From an uncultured archaeon A07HR60 (lineage in GTDB: Archaea > Halobacteriota > Halobacteria > Halobacteriales > Haloferacaceae), in the NCBI GenBank assembly GCA_000496235.1, contig KI543222.1, positions 26,942-90,941 on the forward strand: DNA of 64,000 bases, in the 5' to 3' direction. Positions 58,533 through 64,000 of the stretch are shown here, in pieces. Each line of letters starts with the position of its first letter. Within the stretch, counting starts at the first letter, position 1. The notes beneath the pieces are model-generated. The model made no database searches, was not told where the DNA came from, and saw only the letters and a list, made by a program, of their open reading frames with translations. The translations under genes and the position numbers were made by a program.

Positions 58533-59931
58533 ATGCATATTGTCGTAATCGGCGCGTACGGGAGCGCTGGATCCGCGGTTGCAGAGGAGCTCCAGTCCCA
58601 CGTCGGCGGCGTCATCGACCAGCTCACGCTGGTGGACGACGGGGACCCGGGGGGAGGGTTGTGTATTCTCGAGGGGTGTATGCCGTCGAAAGAAGTGCTT
58701 TCAGCGGCCGAACATCGATTCCAGGGCCGCACAGACGAGCGCCTCGAGGGGCGCCCTCAGGAGATCAATCTCACGGCGACTGTTGATCGAAAGGACGGTC
58801 ACACTGGCGGGTGGGCGGCCCACCGTCGCGAGGGGGTTCACGAGATTGCCGAGACTGACGGCGTCGAGTTCATTGACGAAACCGCACAGTTCCTCGACGA
58901 CCGCACTCTCCGGGTCGGTGACCAGACCATCGAGGCTGATTACGTGGTGATTGCGACGGGGTCATCGCTCAACGTTCCGAACTTGCCAGGACTCACCGAC
59001 GTGGGATTCACCACGAGCGCAGACGTCTTGGATGCGACACGGCTGCCGGATTCGGGGGTCTCATGGGGTTCGGGCGGTCGGACTGGAGATGGCACCGTAT
59101 CTGGCCGAGGCAGGCGTCGATATCACGGTGATCGAACACGACGAACGGCCGCTTGATGACCACCCGCCCGCCTTCGGCGACGCACTGCTGGAGTTGTACC
59201 GCGAGGAATTCGATATCGACATTCGCACAGAGGTGTATGAAGATCGGGTCGAGTCGACTCCAGAGGGTGTCCGGGTTCATCTCGACTCCGGAGAGTCAGT
59301 CACCGCAGCGGAGCTGTTCTGTTTCACCGGCCGGAATCCCAATCTAGACAGACTCGGCTTGGAGCATACGTCGGTCACACCAGAGAGAGGCTGGGTGGAC
59401 GCGACGATGCAGACGACTGATAACCCACGTGTGTACGTGCCGGGTGACGCGAACGGGCGGGATCCAGTGTTGCACGTCGCCAAAGAACAGGGCCGTCTAG
59501 CCGGGCAGAATATCGTCGCCGCGGCGCAGGATAACCCCGTGGAGCCGTACCAACACATCCCGCACAAGGTGACTTTCGCCGGGGTCGGATTGTACCCGGT
59601 AGTGCAGATTGGTCACACGACACGGAGTGCACACGAGGCTGGCCACGCGACCGTCACAGTCAGCCGAGAGGCGGCCGACGACGGTGTGTTCCGCGCGAAA
59701 GATGTCCCACACGGGTTAGCACAGGTGGTCGTCGACGCCGACGATGGGACCGTGCTCGGCTATCACGCCATGCATTATCACGCTGACGCGATGGCAAAGA
59801 CCATGCAGGTGCTTGTCGAGATGGGACTCGATATTCGAGACGTCCCCGACCGGGCATATCACCCGACGACCCCGGAGATTCTGGACGGGCTCATTCGAGA
59901 AGCGTCTGCACGGGTCGCCGACGCAGAGTGA
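58533..59931 (+). pseudogene. FAD-dependent pyridine nucleotide-disulfide oxidoreductase, frame broken by two 1-nt deficits within ~25 nt (about 59056-59075)
   Basis: MHIVVIGAYGSAGSA, redox CILEGC. LPDSGV (frame 1), MGFG (frame 3) and AVGLEMAPYLAEAGVDITVIE (frame 2) are consecutive pieces of the second Rossmann motif. Confidence 0.7.
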
Positions 59932-60094
59932 CCGGACGAGATAATAGTAGAGCCGAGACAAAACTTCAATTAATCCGGGTCCAATCGACTGGGTCCTGTG
60001 TTGACTCGATATCGCATGCCATGCTATGCTATGGCACGATCCGCTGTGACTCGATGTCAGTCAGGGCCTAACGTGACTTCACCGGACGCGACTT

Positions 60095-60590
60095 GACATC
60101 CTCCCCGCCCTAAAGGGCGAGGATTCCACGAAGTGGAGTTTGAGGTTCCGTGTTTCCTCGGGGTTCAAGTACGCTTTCGCGTGGCCCTTCGACGGTAGTC
60201 GTCCAATTATGACCGAGGACGTGCATTGCGACGGGTGCAGCCCTGTCAACGGGGCCTTCCCATCCAGACTCGCTGGACGTTTCAACGGGAATACCGCTTC
60301 CCTCCACGACAGGGTATTCAGCCTGTTGGGTACCGCCATTCGCGTCTCTATTACGAGGGCGTGACGGAGTGGTTCTGGTTTTATTACCCACCACAGTCAC
60401 TGGTCGAAGACCAGTAGACGGTGAAACCGCCGTGTCGTGAGTGGGGAAGACCATCACCATATAATACGGTTGAACCCCGTATGAATGTTGAGAATCAAAC
60501 TCAAACGGCTATCGACGGTGGATTGTGGCATCGACTGTCGGATTCGTCCCCGCGCTAAATCACGGGGCTTTCTCCTTGAATCTCCGTAAT
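60095..60590 (+). other. hairpin-bounded non-coding module F (type-A hairpin 60095-60127, type-B-like hairpin plus tail 60539-60590)
   Basis: GACATCCTCCCCGCCCTAAAGGGCGAGGATTCC ... TCGTCCCCGCGCTAAATCACGGGGCTTTCTCCTTGAATCTCCGTAAT. No credible ORF. Confidence 0.5.
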
Positions 60591-60678
60591 GTGATGTGTT
60601 TCACCGGCCGACCGGTCACGGAAACGGGGTGGTACCCAGTCGTAGCATACTTACCCCGCGCCCGGCGATTATTGGATA

Positions 60679-61926
60679 ATGAGCGAAGTCGCGGAGGCGA
60701 ACGAAGACCGGCGGAAATACGAATTCCGCAAAGTGATCGAGGAGCTCCAAGACTTCGAAGGGTCCGGGACGCAACTCGTCACCATCTACATTCCCGAGGA
60801 GAAGTTGCTCTCAGATGTCGTCGCTCACGTCACTCAAGAGCACAGCGAGGCATCGAATATCAAGTCCAAGCAAACCCGGACGAACGTCCAGGACGCGCTG
60901 AAGAGCATCAAAGATCGGCTCCGCTACTACGACACCACGCCCTCAAACGGCATGGTTCTGTTCTCGGGGGCTGTCAACACCGGCGGCGGTCGCAGCGATA
61001 TGGTCACACGGGTGTTGGAGTCTCCGCCCACCCCAATCCAGTCATTCCGGTATCACTGTGATTCTGACTTTCTCACCGAACCGCTGGAGGGAATGCTCGA
61101 AGACAAAGGGATGTTCGGGCTGGTGGTGCTGGACCGACGAGAAGCTAACGTCGGCTGGCTGAAAGGCAAACGTGTTGAACCGGTCAAGAGCGCAGAGTCG
61201 CTCGTCCCCGGGAAACAGCGGAAAGGTGGCCAGTCTGCCCAACGGTTCGCGCGGTTGCGGCTGGAAGCGATCGACAACTTCTATCAGGAGGTTGCCGGCA
61301 TGGCAAACGATCTGTTCGTCTCGAAACGTCACGAACTTGACGGAGTGCTCGTCGGCGGGCCGTCGCCGACCAAAGACGAGTTTATCGACGGCGATTATCT
61401 CCACCACGAACTGCAAGACAAGGTTCTCGGCAAGTTCGATGTCGCATACACGGACGAATCAGGACTGAAGGATCTGGTTGACTCCGCCAGTGAGGTGCTT
61501 GCCGATCAGGAAATCGTCGAGGACAAACAGCAGATGGAGGAGTTCTTCGAGAACCTCAACACCGGAAAGAAAGCCACGTACGGGTTCGACCGGACTCGGC
61601 GGAATCTCATCATGGGAGCGGTCGACCGGCTGCTCATCTCGGAGGACCTCCGCGAAGACGTGGTCACCTACGAGTGTGAACAGGGTCACGAGCAGTTCGA
61701 ACTGCTCGACTCCCGGCACGAGGCGGACGACAGTCAGGAGTGTTCAGAGTGTGGGCAATCCGCATCGGCGGCCGACCGGGAAGACGCAATCGAGCACCTG
61801 ATGACGATAGCTGAACAGCGGGGCAGTGAGACAAAATTCATTTCGACTGACTTCGAGAAGGGCGAACAACTGTACGACGCATTCGGGGGGATTGCTGGCA
61901 TTCTCCGATACGATTCGGGTATCTAG
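60679..61926 (+). CDS. prf1: peptide chain release factor aRF1
   Basis: NIKS motif (SEASNIKSKQTR) and GGQ motif (KGGQSAQRFARLR). Confidence 0.95.
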   Translation: MSEVAEANEDRRKYEFRKVIEELQDFEGSGTQLVTIYIPEEKLLSDVVAHVTQEHSEASNIKSKQTRTNVQDALKSIKDRLRYYDTTPSNGMVLFSGAVNTGGGRSDMVTRVLESPPTPIQSFRYHCDSDFLTEPLEGMLEDKGMFGLVVLDRREANVGWLKGKRVEPVKSAESLVPGKQRKGGQSAQRFARLRLEAIDNFYQEVAGMANDLFVSKRHELDGVLVGGPSPTKDEFIDGDYLHHELQDKVLGKFDVAYTDESGLKDLVDSASEVLADQEIVEDKQQMEEFFENLNTGKKATYGFDRTRRNLIMGAVDRLLISEDLREDVVTYECEQGHEQFELLDSRHEADDSQECSECGQSASAADREDAIEHLMTIAEQRGSETKFISTDFEKGEQLYDAFGGIAGILRYDSGI

Positions 61927-62140
61927 TCGAGCCCAATCCACACACGCCCTCGAGAGTGCTAGCCTCACTGGGAGACAATCACGACAATTTGGGTCAGAGG
62001 TGATCTCGTCAAATCGGGGTCGCAGTTCCATAGCCGAAGATATGGTCAGACAGCCGATTAATCGAGAATCTGTGAAACTTGTTGACGGCGGCGGCCGAGA
62101 GCAAAGGCAGCGTTCGGGGCATCAAGTCGCTCGAGAGTGG

Positions 62141-62439
62141 TCAATCGTCAACACCGTGATGTTCTGCTGAAATCAGGAGGTCTTCGATAGCTGACCGATT
62201 GAGTGCTAGTGAGTGAGTTTTCCGAGCGCCAACGCGACGGCAACGCCAGCCTCACCCCGGGGGAAGTCCTGCGAAATAGCCTCAAACTCCGGGTCCGACG
62301 CTGACGAGTCTCCGTCGACTCCGAGCACCTGCAGGCACTCGGGGCAGATTCCCGCCGTATCGTCTGGCGCGTGAGCCCGGTATTCGGATGGAACAGTAAA
62401 CACGACCAGTTGAGAATCCTCACAGTCGGGACAGTCCAT
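62141..62439 (-). pseudogene. small zinc-finger protein, frame broken at about 62206-62215
   Basis: MDCPDCEDS...ICPECLQ ends at TAG after GKLTH. The adjacent frame continues HSLALNRSAIEDLLISAEHHGVDD-stop across a ctcactcac run. Confidence 0.5.
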
Positions 62440-62490
62440 AGCGAAACTTCGGATGGGGGGTTCAAATCCCCACTGGCTTCCAGCGGTATT

Positions 62491-62580
62491 TACCTCCTCG
62501 TCCGCCTGAAGACGGAGGTATGCGCTCGCCTCTCTATCAGTCGAGTCTCCAGGCGGGGTGGGTCAGGTGGCTGAAGCCGC
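62491..62580 (+). repeat. hairpin module type A2 (62491-62530) followed by a small B-like hairpin (62562-62580)
   Basis: TACCTCCTCGTCCGCCTGAAGACGGAGGTATGCGCTCGCC ... GTGGCTGAAGCCGC. Confidence 0.45.
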
Positions 62581-62782
62581 GACCCCGAGACGGTTTATAA
62601 ATGCCTGTACGATTGTCATACCGCGTCACCCATCCAATGTCTCCTCGCCTCACGTCACACCGGACATCCAACATTCGAGACCTGAGACGAGGGGCTCAAA
62701 ATTCGGCACTCAAGGTTCAATGTCTGAAAGCATCGCCAGTGAAAGAGATGAGAAGTAGGTCGGGATACGCGTCCGGAGACAG

Positions 62783-63505
62783 TCAGTCGTCGGCCGTGAC
62801 TCGGTCGTCGGCTTCCTCTTCGTCTTCGTCTTCGTCTTCGTCTTCGGCAGTTTCCTCTGCGGCTTCTTCTGCTTCCTCCTCGGCTTCTTTTTTGGCTTTG
62901 ATCTTTTTGAGACGGAAGATCTCTTCGCGCTCTTGTTCTTCGAGTTTCTGCTCGATATACTCTTGATTTTCGTAGAGATCGGGGAGAAGCTTGAATTCGA
63001 GGGCGTTGACCCGTCGCTTGGTCACTTCGATTTCTTTGAGCATCTTTTTCATCGCCGTTTCCACCTCGGCTGCAAGAATGATACTCTCGATCAGCTCCTC
63101 GTAGGCGTCCGCGGCCTCATCAATCCGGGCAGACGAGCCTAACAGCCCGTAGCCCCGCTCGTCAAGGTCCTTTTTGACCTTCGAAGATTCGATCTGTGGC
63201 ACAACGACCCCCATGATATTTTTCGACCCGGTCGTGATCTCGGGGTGCTCTTTCAGTGCTGACGCGGCTCCCCGGACCGCGACATCTCCTTCCATCGCAC
63301 GAGCCATATCGATCTTCTGTTGGGCAGTGTCATAATCCGACTCCAGGCCCGATCTGATATCCTGCGCCTGATCGAGGATATCCATGAATTCCATGATGAG
63401 GCCGTCGCGCTTCTGTTCAAGCGTATCGTGACCCTGCTCGGAGAATTCGATTCGGTCTTCGATCTCCATCAGATTCTTCCGGGTCGGTTTAACATCCTCT
63501 GCCAT
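62783..63505 (-). CDS. atpD: A-type ATP synthase subunit D with acidic C-terminal tail
   Basis: [36 protein letters not shown]. The tail is encoded by a (CGTCTT)n hexamer run. Confidence 0.9.
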   Translation of the reverse strand: MAEDVKPTRKNLMEIEDRIEFSEQGHDTLEQKRDGLIMEFMDILDQAQDIRSGLESDYDTAQQKIDMARAMEGDVAVRGAASALKEHPEITTGSKNIMGVVVPQIESSKVKKDLDERGYGLLGSSARIDEAADAYEELIESIILAAEVETAMKKMLKEIEVTKRRVNALEFKLLPDLYENQEYIEQKLEEQEREEIFRLKKIKAKKEAEEEAEEAAEETAEDEDEDEDEEEADDRVTADD

Positions 63506-63790
63506 TTCTTGTGAGAAACAACCCGGCCGACGCTGTTAACTCTTTTCCGATGCGGCGGCTTTCTCGCGACCTGGCTCTGAATCTGGTCACTTGAGCAGAG
63601 CAAAACGAGACTGGCGACATGACGAGAGCGGCCAGACTAGCAGCAGACACGCCTCAGAAAGCCGGATAACGATCACACCGATCAAAACAGGTAGCCGACG
63701 CAGTTCGGGACGCCCGAACACTCGGACAGACTCAGTGTCACACGGCGGGAGATTCCGCTCTGTGAGTTGTCAAGCAATGCTGGGGGTAGC

Positions 63791-64000
63791 TCAGTCGGCC
63801 GCTCCGATATCGAGCCGCTCGGCCTCCTCGCGATAGAACTCGTCGATGAGATCTTCGTCGATCCGATTGAGCTCCTCTTCTGGCAGCATCGACAGTAGGT
63901 CCCAGCCAACCTCGAGCGTGTCGTCGATCTCTCGGTTCGTCCTGAAACTCTGGTCGACAAATTCAGCCTCGAAGGCGTCCGCGAAGTCGAGGAACCGGTT
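63791..64000 (-). CDS. atpB: A-type ATP synthase subunit B, C-terminal part (runs off the window)
   Basis: Hand translation of the minus strand gives [69 protein letters not shown]-stop. Not in the ORF track because no start lies in the window. Confidence 0.75.
   Translation of the reverse strand, partial: NRFLDFADAFEAEFVDQSFRTNREIDDTLEVGWDLLSMLPEEELNRIDEDLIDEFYREEAERLDIGAAD

Noticed and set aside
62453-62492. GGATGGGGGGTTCAAATCCCCACTGGCTTCCA looks like a tRNA T-arm, acceptor 3' strand and CCA, i.e. a possible att-site remnant.
   Set aside because: There is no matching 5' half. The T stem and acceptor cannot both be given standard lengths, and no integrase or duplicated partner lies in the window. 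It is kept only as a note.

Overview
High-GC window with an acidic proteome, PGF-CTERM and HalOD1 domains, a doublet histone, A-type ATPase genes and an intron-containing tRNA, so it is haloarchaeal (class Halobacteria) chromosome. I support about 50 protein genes and 4 tRNAs (Thr-GGU, Arg-GCG, Asn-GUU, intron-containing CAU). Housekeeping genes include the rpa2-histone-hdaI-cca block, aRF1, mutL and atpD/atpB. There is no CRISPR array and no rRNA.

Five things stand out:
1. A covarying GC-hairpin module occurs at least 14 times. It is tied to a 5'-truncated TnpB (IS200/IS605, IS1341-type) fragment, and three copies form 400-520 nt hairpin-bounded non-coding modules.
2. A promoter-proximal palindrome (TTTAGG-N4-CCTAAA, two copies identical over 19 nt, iron-box-like) marks three promoters. 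They drive an unusual cluster: a plant-type RGP/GT75 sugar-mutase homolog, Dol-P GT2, a GT-C glycosyltransferase, a Tat-exported GMC dehydrogenase pair, and an Fe(III)-type ABC binding protein and permease with no ATPase.
3. A membrane-tethered polyacidic protein is built from about 830 nt of hierarchical 12/36-nt tandem repeats.
4. A diverged 1.87-kb tandem duplication carries an FAD-linked 2-hydroxyacid dehydrogenase inside a CoA-transferase/HMGL-like/CapA metabolic cluster.
5. At least six conserved genes carry single-nucleotide frameshifts (usp, the repeat protein, rpa2, a disulfide oxidoreductase with two indels, a small Zn-finger protein). Assembly indel error is therefore the default explanation and no pseudogene call here is secure.

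All function calls rest on recognising motifs in the translations. No database search was run.
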